A DNA stretch of 62,991 bases, filler included, from Octopus bimaculoides (lineage: Eukaryota): the NCBI RefSeq assembly GCF_001194135.2. It is 5 parts of 4 records of this genome, joined end to end, with 100 filler letters (N's around TTAATTAATTAA, not from the genome) between each part and the next. Parts side by side here need not be neighbours in the genome. Positions count along the whole stretch, not along the records: positions 1 to 23,544 come from NC_068982.1; 4 more parts are not named here. One strand, 5' to 3'. Numbering within the stretch: position 1 is the stretch's first letter; each line of letters opens with the position of its first letter. Both the position numbers and the translations under genes were made by a program. Positions 1-13,805 of the stretch are shown piece by piece. Below the pieces are notes generated by a model. The model saw only the letters and a list, made by a program, of their open reading frames with translations, made no database searches and had not been told where the DNA came from.

Positions 1-747
1 ATCTAAGATGGACCATTTTAAAGTATACTGGGTATTTGTGCTTTTGAGGTGATGAATGTGATTGGCTAATGTTGTAGATTTACTGTGTTTGTCATATCTA
101 AAAGAGTGCAAATGGGCTGCGTAGCGATGTTTGAAGTTTTTAGTTGCACCAATGTATGTAGCAGTAGAGTTATGTAATAGATTTCTCACGGAGCATTTAT
201 ATATTACGTTGTATCTTACGCAATGCGTTTGAAGCGGGCAAATAGTCCCGGAGCGACAGTTACAAGTATAGGAGACTTGAGGGTTGTGTCCATTGATGGA
301 TGAGGTATTACTATTGGAGGATATGTTATTGGGGGATATGTTATAGATATTTGTCCTATCATTGTTATTATTGGTATTGTTATTATCTAGAATATTAGTG
401 GGTTGGGATCCACTGTGGTCTTGTTCGAGTGTACGAGCGTTATTGTTAGAAGAACGTATATTAATGTCCGTGTTGAGTGTATGTATGAGCCGGGTGTTAG
501 CGCTAGCATAGTTATGGTTGCGTAAGTTTTGGTAATAGAGCGAAAGTTTATGTTTATTAGAAGTTGCTATAATAGATTCGAAGTTAGGAGTGGTAGAATA
601 CGACAATTTTAAAGTGGATCTGTTGAATATAGAATGGTATTTGTGTTGTCGTGAGAAGTTAGAATCTAGTATTTTAAAGAAAGATTTGGCTAAGTTCCTA
701 GTGTTAAGTGAGAATGGGGGGTGTACATATAGATGTGTCTGTATGTA
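1..747 (-). mobile_element. Penelope-like element (PLE), 3' part of ORF: RT thumb, linker and C-terminal GIY-YIG endonuclease. Stop-free for 249 codons; runs off the window start.
   Basis: Hand translation of the minus strand gives PPFSLNTRNLAKSFFKILDSNFSRQHKYHSIFNRSTLKLSYSTTPNFESII ... CNCRSGTICPLQTHCVRYNVIYKC ... YIGATKNFKHRYAAHLHSF ... STTLANHIHHLK ... LKWSILD. VIY/YIG and the catalytic Arg are present. The Cys-rich CNCR..CPL..C motif resembles Hydra-clade PLEs (recalled, not searched). Confidence 0.9.
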
Positions 748-1694
748 ANNNNNNNNNNNNNNNNNNNNNNNNNNNNNNNNNNNNNNNNNNNNNNNNNNNN
801 NNNNNNNNNNNNNNNNNNNNNNNNNNNNNNNNNNNNNNNNNNNNNNNNNNNNNNNNNNNNNNNNNNNNNNNNNNNNNNNNNNNNNNNNNNNNNNNNNNNN
901 NNNNNNNNNNNNNNNNNNNNNNNNNNNNNNNNNNNNNNNNNNNNNNNNNNNNNNNNNNNNNNNNNNNNNNNNNNNNNNNNNNNNNNNNNNNNNNNNNNNN
1001 NNNNNNNNNNNNNNNNNNNNNNNNNNNNNNNNNNNNNNNNNNNNNNNNNNNNNNNNNNNNNNNNNNNNNNNNNNNNNNNNTATATCAGTATGTATGTATT
1101 TATGTGTGTGTGTGTATACGCATACATGTTTGAACGTGTGTATTTACGTGTGCGACCACGTGTGTAGACAAGTACGCACGCAACAGAACACAGCAGTGTT
1201 CCTGTGCAACGTCTGCTCAGGGCCTCAGTAGATCTGATGAATATCACCAGAGCAATAACATGTATATTTGGAATGAAGTGTAAAACTATCAAGGAATAAA
1301 TATTAAATTAAAATACATAAGATTTTTTGTTTCATTTTGTGTGTGCGTGTGCGCGCAGATGTTTCTGGTTATCTATGTGGTTATGAATGTGATTATGCAT
1401 GTAGCGTTCATCAGTAATTATTATTTGTTTGTGTGTGTGTGGGTGTGGGTGCATATCTTTATGTAGTTATAAACTTGCTATAACTCTAGAAACGTCTTTA
1501 TTTCACTAAAGGAAGTTGAATAGCGAACCTGTTCTTTAATTTTAAACTGAGAGCAAAATTAAACATCTTATGCTAAACAAGATCTGTGTTTCAGGCAGCC
1601 AATTTTACCAAAAACAATATTTTGGCGTATAGTCAGCTCTTATGGCAATTCTTTACTAAAACACAGTCCAATAACATTGACTGAGCTGCACCAA

Positions 1695-1889
1695 TAGACC
1701 GCTAGGGTCTTAAAAAATACAGTAATATCAGCGGCAGCAGTGTTTAGGCATAAGCGAACTTTAGGCTAGTTACGATATGCTTTTGATATATTTCAACTGT
1801 TGAGGGCAAATTCCCTGCCGTTACCGTGGAGGCCTCAACACTGCTTGGTGCTGATACTACTGTATTTTTTTTTACGACCTGGCGGTCTA
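1695..1889. mobile_element. MITE-like foldback with ~55-bp imperfect terminal inverted repeats and TA flanks
   Basis: The left arm tagaccgctagggtcttaaaaaatacagtaatatcagcggcagcagtgtttaggc (1695-1749) matches the reverse complement of 1832-1889 (tagaccgccaggtcgtaaaaaaaaatacagtagtatcagcaccaagcagtgttgaggc). The spacer is ~80 bp and both ends carry TA. Confidence 0.65.
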
Positions 1890-2649
1890 AGTGTCCAGAA
1901 TTGCCTCTGTTTGGTATTTCCCATTGATTACAACTAAAGAGCTAAAAACACGTCTAAGAATCCGACAGGAGCAGCAGTGGACAGATATGGTGTTTTTACA
2001 CTTTTTTTTTAACCATAACAGAGAATCTTTTCTCTTCGGGAACTGCAGTGAATTTGTATGTATGTATGTATGTATGTATGTTTGTATGTATGTATGTATG
2101 TATGTATATGTGTGTGTATACATTCATACACATACATACATGCATATATATATGCATAACATATGTGTGTGAAGTGTGTGTGTGTGTGTGTGTGTGTGTG
2201 CATAATTCAAAATAGAAATATTTAAACTTCCTATCCTATTAGGTATTGAGTACTTTACCGAAAAGTGGCGACTGAGATGTCGGAGAGAGAATGCCTATTA
2301 CAGTGTAAACCAATAGAACATTGAACACTTTCATCAATGCTNNNNNNNNNNNNNNNNNNNNNNNNNNNNNNNNNNNNNNNNNNNNNNNNNNNNNNNNNNN
2401 NNNNNNNNNNNNNNNNNNNNNNNNNNNNNNNNNNNNNNNNNNNNNNNNNNNNNNNNNNNNNNNNNNNNNNNNNNNNNNNNNNNNNNNNNNNNNNNNNNNN
2501 NNNNNNNNNNNNNNNNNNNNNNNNNNNNNNNNNNNNNNNNNNNNNNNNNNNNNNNNNNNNNNNNNNNNNNNNNNNNNNNNNNNNNNNNNNNNNNNNNNNN
2601 NNNNNNNNNNNNNNNNNNNNNNNNNNNNNNNNNNNNNNNNNNNNNNNNN

Positions 2650-2715
<66 letters not shown>

Positions 2716-3159
2716 GCACGTGGATTGCAGGATCTCTTGCAAATAATTGATTACAAATCTACATAGGTCTCATTTCTACATTTAAAAATCGCGTTTTAAT
2801 AACTTTATCCACATCCCGAGGAACACGAATCGAAATAAGATTGCTTTTCTGGTTTCATATCATATTTAAAAAATAAGATCATACTATGCACATTACAATG
2901 AATAGAATATTGTTTCAAAAAGTCCTTTACTGACAACACACTCAAACATACACATGTATACGCATTTATGTAATGTATGTACATGTATAAAGTGGCCAGT
3001 ACAATCCTTCATACGACTCTTAGATGTTTATAACTTGAGAAGCGTTTCAGGAAATATGTCTTGTCTCATCTCGATGCATATTTTCCATGTCAACAGAGAG
3101 AAAAATGTTATAAGTGAAAACCAAAATTGGTATGTTATATGTCTTATATATTAAAAGCA

Positions 3160-3640
3160 TGTTGTCTGTCTGTGTGTTGTGTGAACCACTTCTACTCCTA
3201 CAATTTTCAACCGAATTTCACCAAATTTGACAGATGTGCTCTCTTTGACTTAGGACGCGTTTTCTTATAATTTTTTCCTCGAAATTCCGCGCCCCCAACA
3301 TAAATAGACTACTCTCAATTCGCCTAGGATTTGAACCCACCACGTCTATGCAACGGTACGCGTATAATTTTTGGCGCTTCTTTAGAAGCGCATCTCCCCA
3401 AGAAAATGACGCCTAATTTCTAAAAAAATTACGAAAATGGGAAATATATTCAAAATAAATGAACTATGTAAAAAATTACAAGGATTCATCTATTTTCAAA
3501 TGTTTTATACTAAAAAATAAACACGAAAACGAGCACTCAAGAATATAAACAAACATGTCGGACGATACAAGGGGTGGTAACTTATATCAAATATTATTAA
3601 TGATACGAGGGGCCCGACAATAACGTTTGCAAATTCTTGA
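3160..3640 (+). mobile_element. Possible Helentron/HINE-type non-autonomous element remnant
   Basis: Starts tgtctgtctgtgtg...ttttcaaccgaatttcaccaaatttgaca, which resembles the 5' core of DINE/HINE elements. Boundaries and 3' hairpin are not resolved. Confidence 0.3.
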
Positions 3641-3835
3641 TTGCTTTTAATCAGATATTTTTTTGTGCACACTTTTAAGGGTTAGTGTAGCACGCGCTGC
3701 TACAACGTAACAGCTATTCGCAAATCCCTGTTCAGTGGTAGCAGAATGTGCTAGAAATACCAGCCAAATCGGTTAATGTTTACAAGTACACCTGCACGTC
3801 AACCCCCATCACTTTTCTTTCTTATATATATATTC

Positions 3836-3917
3836 ATTATAGTCTCTGGCCCACCAAAGCCTTGTGAGGGGATTTCGTACACGAAACTGAAAGAACACTG
3901 CCGTGCATATGTGTATA

Positions 3918-3993
<76 letters not shown>

Positions 3994-4140
3994 TACCCCC
4001 ACTATTGCTTTACAACCAATGTTGGTGTGTCTACATACCTATAACTTAGCGATTCGGCAAAATGCACTGATAGAATAATTACTAAGTGGTGCTCCAGCCT
4101 GGCCGCAGTCACATGACTGAAACAAGCAAAACAATAAAAA
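3836..4140 (+). mobile_element. SINE family B (tRNA head, internal (TG)n, 3' tail), 5'-truncated
   Basis: ccaaagccttgtgag...aaactgaaagaa, then (GT)n, then taacttagcgattcggcaaaa...gctccagcctggccgcagtcacatgactgaaacaag. Collinear with copies at 9.1, 23.7, 36.4, 42.7 and 46.8 kb. Confidence 0.85.
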
Positions 4141-5647
4141 AATTATGCCATTTTAATCCCGAGCAAGGCCGGGTATCTCTGCTAGTTGAAATAAATATGA
4201 GGCTTCTAACGATATGCATATCAGCACTTGTGATATCTTTAAGGATGGCTTTACATTTATATGGTCTTAAAAAACGATATGGTGGTGGTGGTGTGGTGTG
4301 ATGATTTCGAAACTTAACTAAATTCATTTAATCGACAATCAGACGGTATAACCAGTTCACTTCTTCGTTACTAATTGTGGTCAGCTATATGGAACATATT
4401 ATATAAGGTGGTGCATTGTGGAATTTTGTTTCATGCTGTGTAGGTAAAGAATATAGCATCAACAAAGATGAAACACACATCTGTTGTTCCAAGAGGACTT
4501 TCATGGTTGTAAACTAATTTCTGCCACTATGACTTTTCTTATTGCTACGTTTATTGTGGTTTTTGATTACGTTGTTATTGTTATCTTTTATCTTACACTT
4601 GTTTCAGTCATTAGACTGTGGCCATGCTGGGGCACCACTTTGTTTGTTATTTTGTCTTTCAGTTTTATGGCAGCAACGCGTGTATGCACGCGCATGTCCT
4701 GTTTTCATGTTATGCCGGATGGTTACAATCTTGGAAATTTGTTATCACAATACACAGCTATTCATTTAAATGCATGTATACATATGTGTGTGTTTGTGTG
4801 TGTGTGTGTGTGTGTTTGCGTGTGTGTGTGCGTGTATGTGTGTGTGTGTGCGTACATGAGCATATGCATAAATGTATCTGTGTACACATGACTGCATGTG
4901 GTCACATGTGTGTATACAGGAGGGTGTGTATGTATGCGTGTGTGAGTGTAAGTTTGTGAAGATCTCTCCATTATTACGGTTAGAACTGTCTATGAAATAT
5001 TAATGCATTCTAAGAAATATTTACTGCAGTTCTTACACTGAATTGTGATAACTGAGGTCCTTAAATTGCTGTATATTCCTTGCTTCACCACCACTAAATG
5101 AGCACCGCTGCTCTATATATTGTTCATATTTGTTCGCAATTGTTGCTCGAAGTTTACGATTGGAATATTCTTCCGTCTTCGATGATCAGCATGATTCTGA
5201 CCGGCCCTCTCAGGTGAGATCTATCAATCAGAAGTGAAATCGTGACGAAAAGAGTGTAATGTCACACCCATTAGTTTACACTATCACTCATAAAGCATGT
5301 TTCATCCCTCCCTAGATTAACCAAGATCGCTTTGCCAGTCTGTTCTGCCACTTAATACCTATGTTCTGCCATTTTTTTTTCGGACAACCTTATTAACGTT
5401 TTTTAAAAAAATTTATTCCATACAATTAAAAGAAACCAGCGAATTTTACATAATCTCCGGAACTGCTGGAAATAGCAGCTAAATCTCCCACAAAGCATAC
5501 TCTTGTTACTTTTAATATCGTCACCGCAACTATAACTCCACGTCCAACACCATAAGCAGTAGCACTGTAATTGTCTCAATCATCACACCACATCGCTACC
5601 ACTACCATCACCACCACCACCACCTCCACCACCACTCCCATCATCAG

Positions 5648-5743
<96 letters not shown>

Positions 5744-8701
5744 TATCATCATGATCATCATCATCATGATCATCATCAGTATGAAACTACTTTGCGGTAT
5801 TTGTTCTGGCTGTTTATGTTCTGAGTTCAGATTCTGCTGAAATCAACTTTGCCCTTCAATATTCCGCAGTCGTGAAAATAAAGTACCAGTCAACTATTGG
5901 TATCCACCATCACCACCACCACCACCACCACCACTACCACCACCAACAGCAGTAACAGGAGCAACCGTCACCAGTCAAACCACACCTTATACTCTTTTTT
6001 TTTTTAAAAGACAATTTAGTTCAGAGTATGCAATGTCTAAAAAAAGACAGGGTGGTTACGGCTGGAACGCCTTTGATCATAGGTCTGCTCGGTAATGATT
6101 ACCTGAGGCTAAACAACAAGAAGGACATCATTACAGTTCGAACATCACCGCTACCACTACCAATCCTTGCTGCCGTTTCGTCAGTTACAGCTACAGACTT
6201 ATCACCACCAATAACCATCGTTCCTCCTTCACCTCCTTCTCCCTTCCTCCCATTACCCTCCGTCCTCACCCTCAACATCAGTTACCTAGGTTATCATCAA
6301 GGATGATGGAACGATGAAAGACATCGGCGATGATGAAAGCCACTTTCATTGCGTGATTCCAGTGGCAATGTTTGGCCTTAGGGAACTCAACTGTTTGCTT
6401 GTTACAGCCACAGTAGCCGTCTATATATGTTGACGACGATGGTGATGATGGTGATCATCATAATCCTTATCATCAATTTGACGGTGACGCTGATTTTAAT
6501 AATACTGCTGTTGCAGATGCTGATAGTGTTCAAGTCACTATCGTTGAACCTAATGGTGGTGATGCAGGCAGTGTTGAGGCTGAGTGGAGTTGGTAAGTAT
6601 TATTATTGGTACTGAAGCTAATGTTATTGTTGTTGTTGTTGCTGTTGTTTTTAATGATGTTATTCTTGATGTTTAGAGGATTCGTTCTGTTGGTGGTGTT
6701 GCTAATGGATTTAGTGGTGCTCTGTTAATATTGATGGCTGCATCGCTGTCGACGTTGATAGTGATGTTGTTATTGGTGTTGATAATAGTGTTGCTGGAGG
6801 TGTTGCTATTGTGTTGCTATTGGGGACCTTTTACAATTGGTGTTGCTTGTGCAGTTGCATGTTACCGGTGTTGCTATTGGTGGCAGTGTTCATACTGATG
6901 TTGTTATACAGTCTTAGCATCAGAGACATTCAAGCAATGACCATGTGTTCACTTTTTCTATATAAATATGACTACAATGTCCTTTTCTTGTGGTGATAGT
7001 ATTATTTTGATATGGCTGTCATTTCTATCAGATCGAGTAACCATGTAATTGCTCCTTCCTCAGATGTTGATTGCTGCTACCATGCTGGTGATAATGCTTG
7101 TGTTCCAGTCGTTTACTTACTGCTGCTGCTGTTTCTTCCTCTGTTCCCATCTAGATATTGGTGATGTGTTGTACAATGATTTGGGCAGAAGTGACTCCAC
7201 AATTCCAAATCAATCGTAATATTAGTGATAAGAGCACCTGATTATAAAGCATTCAGGAATTAACCTATTACTGTAGTGGATAGCATAATTTCTGTATTTT
7301 TACTTTTACGGCTGATCATTAATGAAATTGCACATCAAAAGCATAAAAGCAATGCATTTACATTCTTATGAGTTCGTATCATTGCTCAGATTTTCTGCTT
7401 ATTCATGTAGTCTTGTACAAAAAGCAATCTTATTTAATATTTTTTGACCACCTAAAGCAAAATATACGATTTAAGCAATCTACTACGGTTATAGCTTAAT
7501 TCCTGATAACTTTATATAGCTTACGATTTCGATTGGGGAAGTAAATCGACTAAATTTCTTCGAAAGAGCGGTCAGCAAACTCTGAAATTGAGTCAGAAGT
7601 TATTCAAATGTCTGTGTGTGTGTGTGTGTGTGNNNNNNNNNNNNNNNNNNNNNNNNNNNNNNNNNNNNNNNNNNNNNNNNNNNNNNNNNNNNNNNNNNNN
7701 NNNNNNNNNNNNNNNNNNNNNNNNNCCATACCATATCACTATGTACTTCTCCCTAAAATTGTGATTCTCTCAGTTTTAACTGATATTTACAAATGCATAT
7801 GTATGTGTATATGATATATGTGTGTATGTATATGTATATACTTGTATATAAATATAGATATATACGCATGCGCATACGCGCGTGTCTGTGTGATACAGTT
7901 GGTTCAATCCTCCATTGAACTAGATACAGCCAAGCTTCTACTCTATCAATGTTCTGTTTTGATGATATGCTGAAGAATAAATAAATAAATAAACAACAAA
8001 ATTAGTACAAAACTTTCATGTTATGTCACAGTCACTAACCGTTAGATGGCAAGATCACGTGACAGTTTTGGTTGCCTACGAGCACTGAGAAGATAAACAC
8101 ACCAGGGGACTGATAGCTTCGTAGACGGAAAGAGAAGGCAAAATGTTGCAAATATTCCACATTTTTCTGTAATGTATTTGAGGTCCATTCATGCTGTTTG
8201 TAAAATTCAGACATATGTCATAGCACTGACAACCAATTGTACACTCTTAGTTGTATCAACTTTTGTTTAGATGAACTGTAATTCTTCTGTCATCATTCAT
8301 ATGAATCTCTCAATACTATAGCTCTTGCCAAGTATTTAAGCATTCGAATTGATTATATTCGTTCCTTTGTCTATCCTTGTTAGAGTTCTATACAAGTGAC
8401 TCTTGATGCTAACAACTATACTGTATTGTTGGCTAAGATAGTAGCTGCCTTTAGTTCAACAGCCGCTGAAGAAATGAATAGACATAGAAAGATCGAGTAT
8501 TCAGTGAAGCAATGGAGGTAAATAATTCATATTTCCTTTGGTGTACACTTAACTCATTTTTCTTCGTTTAATTCACATAGACAATGTCATAGCACTGACT
8601 ACCGGTAGAATAGTACATTGTAGGCCATAAGTAATTAAATATCTCCTATATATTATCTAAAATTTCACTGCATAAATTCATGTGTGATTGTTACTATAAT
8701 A

Positions 8702-8784
<83 letters not shown>

Positions 8785-9124
8785 TATATATATATATATA
8801 AATATGCATATGCATGTATGTGTGTGTATAGATAGATATGATTAGAAATACTAACATTATGGATCTATCTAATGTGGATCCCACTAGGAGAAGGGATCTA
8901 TGTCAATGAATTTATAACCTTTTATACAAAAGGTCTAAACTGGCGACTTCTTGTACATACATCTATTGGTATTTATTGAAGAATTTTTCTGCAACTGATT
9001 TCTTAATATAGTTTTTTTCTCCATATAATGCAGTTGGCATACACTAAAAGATGACTAAATAATTAAAAAAGGCAAAATTTTATGAGCAGTAAACACCTTC
9101 TTACGCGTGTTTTATATTTAGGAT

Positions 9125-9586
9125 CAGGCGTGGCTGTGTTGTACGAAGCTTGATTCCCAACTACACGGTTCCAGGTTCAGTCCCACTGCGTGGTACCTTG
9201 TACTATAGCTTCGAGTCCACTAATGGCTTGTGAATCGATTTGATAGACGGAAATTGAAAGAAGCCCGTCGTATATATACACGCAAACACACACACACACA
9301 CACAAGTGTGTGTACGTGCGTGTGTATGTATGTGTGTGTATGTATGTGTGTGTATGTATGTGTGTTTATGTGTGTGTGTACGTGTTTGTGTCTGTATTTG
9401 TCCGCGTCACACTTGATAAACTGTGTTGATGTGTTTACGTCTCCGTGACTTGGCAGTACCACGAAAGCGACCGATAGAATAAGTGCTTGGCTTAAATAAT
9501 TTAATCATGGGGTCGATTAGCTCGACTAAAGCCCTTCAAAGCGGTGCTTCAGAATAGCCGCAGTCTAATGACTGAAGCAAAAGATA
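9125..9586 (+). mobile_element. SINE family B, near full length
   Basis: Head caggcgtggctgtg...ggttcagtcccactgcgtgg, internal (CA)/(TG)/(TATG) repeats, and 3' ccgcagtctaatgactgaag. Confidence 0.9.
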
Positions 9587-9996
9587 ACAGACACAATACT
9601 GATCACATAAAAGGATTACATTTTCTGCATATGATAATTTAGCAGATAATTAGTTGATGCGTTTTGTAACATTTTTTTAAATGTCCAATGAAGTATCGAC
9701 GATTAACCCATTTTTTTTTAATGTATTTACGAATATATCAGCTTATATAAAGTCACGCTGTTTCCCTGCTTCAATCATTCGAATAATCAGTAACTTGAAA
9801 CTCAGAATAACAATTCAAGAAACCTCAGCTTCGAAAAAAGAAATACAAACTCTATTTTATGTATTGAATACATAAAGTTTCCTTTGTTGGTAAACACACG
9901 CCAATCCATATGTATGTGTATATATGCATACATATTTGTATATGAACATTCACACGCGCATGCATGCATACGCGCATGCGCACGCACACGCGCGCG

Positions 9997-10042
<46 letters not shown>

Positions 10043-10252
10043 TATCCATCAAAGATCCCACCTGCAGAGGAAATCACTTACAGAGGAAAATGATTTCTGT
10101 AATATACTTCCGGTGAGTTCCTGTGGGTTCTCACAGTTACCAAACTTATTTTACCATTGTCAATTAACAAGGTTGCATTACGGCACAGTTTTTCAACATT
10201 GCTCTTCTACTTATTTCATTCACAACCGGAAACTCCAAACTGATTTAGGATT

Positions 10253-10318
<66 letters not shown>

Positions 10319-10319
10319 A

Positions 10320-10379
<60 letters not shown>

Positions 10380-10639
10380 GCTTTATTCTTTATTCATTTT
10401 TTCTTCTCTATTATTTATGTTCTTTTAATCATTTTTTTCGCTTCTATCTGTAAAGTTTTTTCTGTCCCATATTTCTTTGCATGTAAATGTTACACGCACG
10501 CACATACCATGGCATACATACAAACGAATACATATGCAAATATCAATAGACGCGTGTATATGTATATATCTAAACACACAAACAAATATAAGTAAACTCA
10601 TATACCCTATCTGTGCGTATAAATATATATTTATACATA

Positions 10640-10677
<38 letters not shown>

Positions 10678-10758
10678 TAAATATATGTATATATATGTAT
10701 ATATATATATGCGTATATATATGTGCAAATAAATATATNNNNNNNNNNNNNNNNNNNN

Positions 10759-10797
<39 letters not shown>

Positions 10798-11399
10798 GAG
10801 AGAGAGAGAGGTAGAGAGACGTATATTTATAGACTTGTTTATGTGTCTATATGTACATATATACGAAGATGTATGTGCGTGTAGAAATATATATATGTAG
10901 ATACCTATAAATATGTATGTGTGTGTGCGCGTGTGTCACCATGTGCGTGCGTGCGTGTGTATGTATGTATGTATGTATATGAGTATGTATGTATGTATGC
11001 ATGTATATATTCAAGTACGTCTATTTGTATGAATCCATTTATATTTCATACGATGTGATCAAACGTGTCGCCGTATATTCCAGCACATCTAGTAGAATGT
11101 AGAATGCAGATTTCTTATATATAAAAAAATATTAACGAAAGAAACGATTATTATGGAGAAAGCACGAAAATAACAAAACAATAAAAAGAATTTAGAAACG
11201 AAATACAATTAATAAAATTATAACAACAACAACAATAATAATAATAATAATAACGAGTGATATAGTGACAAAAACGACGCTTTGTTCATTTGGTGCTTTT
11301 TTTTTTTTTGGTGGAGGGATGTAATATTTTGTTGGTTGTTTTCTTCCACATTTATAATCATGTAAGTGAACACGAAAACCCTTCGGAGATGATAGTGGC

Positions 11400-11760
<361 letters not shown>

Positions 11761-11996
11761 TAGTATTGTGTTTGAACTAGAAGTCGCAACGTTTGTCAGT
11801 GAATTTGTGTGACTTCATTACAAAGTGAAGCAAAATATAAGACATGGCGAATTGTATGAAAAATTCTTAGCAGGGAACACAATACAAATGCTATACTTGT
11901 GTATATGCATGACTGTATGCGTGTATACATATATACATACATAAAATCTTGTACACACATACACACATATATATAGATATATGTGTATTTATGGAA

Positions 11997-12038
<42 letters not shown>

Positions 12039-13009
12039 TATGTACATGAATATGTGTGTGTGTGTATGTGTAAATTTATACATAGATACATACATATCTT
12101 TTTATCTACCAATCTATTTGTCTTTATATACATGTATCTACTTACATATATTTGAGTGCATGTGTGCATAGATGTATATATGTATCTATGCAGGTACGCT
12201 AGCATGTATGTATGCGTGCATATATTGACGAATTGCTCATCATTTCATATGCCAGACTATGTAAACAACTGTGAGATCAGAAAAGCAGATAAATATACAG
12301 GCAGGCACGCGTTTACTTGCATACATACACTCACATACCTACATGCATACACACACATATATGTGAATACATACACACACATACTCACACACATATATAT
12401 ATATATGTATGTATATACATGCACACATATGTATACATACATAGATACATACACACACACACACACATATATATGAGAAATAAGCATAACACACCAACAC
12501 GCATATATAAAAACATATATGCACATCGCAATGCGTTCCAAGTAAATATATAGCTTACCGCTAGGTGAGGATGTAGAGATTGTAAATTCAATCCAGAATG
12601 AAAAAGAAAGCCTCAGAATAATATTTAATTTTGATTTTATTTATATTCCCTCCTTGTCAATACATGTAACTGTGTCCAACTAAACCAGACATTGTAAATA
12701 GTACATATAATGTGAGGCTTCGTGTTTTCATTAAGAAAATAATACATAGAGAAATCTTGAAATTATAATCGAAATCAAAATTAAGATAAGTTACACAAGA
12801 AAGTGTAATGTTCGACTAAATTTTATGTCCAAATCAAAATATTGTTTGGTTTGTCTGACACTCTCGTTAGCTGTTGCCGGAATAATATTTTCGTGTCCCT
12901 ACGATATACATTGTGGTTTTAACACGTCTATAAGAGACTTTTAGCTAGGATGAAAACTGCAGTATCTTGTCTATCAATGAGGTATATACGCTAAACTGAA
13001 TTGTTGTTT

Positions 13010-13455
13010 AATTATGATATTGTTTAATTGAAATATATATCTTAAATACAGTATTGTTTAGTTTAAGTAAAATATTATTTAGCTTAATTAAAATATTTTT
13101 TAGTTTAATGAAAATATGTATTTTAATTAAAATATTGTTAGTTTAATTGAAATAAAGTTAAGATTTATAAAAATATTATTTAGTTAATTAAAATATTATT
13201 TAGTTTAATTAAAATAAAATTTTGATTAATTAAAATATTATTTAGTTTACTTAAAATATTGTTTAATTTAATCAAATTAATATTTAGTTTAATGAAAATA
13301 TTTATTTTAATTAAAATATTGTTTAGAGTAATCGAAATATCATTTAGTTTCATTAAGGTATTGTTTAAATTAATTAAAACATTATTTAATTATTTAATAG
13401 TTTAATATTATTTAATTACAATATTTTTTGTTTAATTAAACTGTTTAGATTTATT
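13010..13455. repeat. Degenerate AT-rich minisatellite, unit ~21-22 bp (AAAATATTGTTTAGTTTAATT)
   Basis: aaaatatt(g/a)tttagtttaatt recurs about 20 times with substitutions and indels. Confidence 0.8.
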
Positions 13456-13709
13456 AAAAAACTAGTTTTCCACTTGGTTTAATAAACACGTAGAATGTAA
13501 GATATATAAAAAGGTAGCTGAAGGAAACCAAGTGCCTTACTTTCCAAATGAAACTAGATTCATACACACACAGACACACACAGAGACACATACACACACA
13601 GACACATACACATACAGACACATACACACACAGACACATATACACACAGAGACTACATATATATACACATATATATGTACATTTGTGTTATAGTATATAT
13701 GTATGTATG

Positions 13710-13805
<96 letters not shown>

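Noticed and set aside
6330-7150. Possible low-complexity (mucin-like) coding region
   Set aside because: Decayed GAT/GGT/GTT repeats with stops; no sustained frame or splice signals.
10068-10112. 45-nt cag|...|gtgagt exon candidate (RKSLTEENDFCNILP)
   Set aside because: Weak pyrimidine tract directly after a (CA)n run, two frames open, no homology; indistinguishable from chance.
13010-13455. CRISPR-like repeat-spacer array
   Set aside because: Contiguous degenerate units without unique spacers, in a eukaryotic context with no cas genes.
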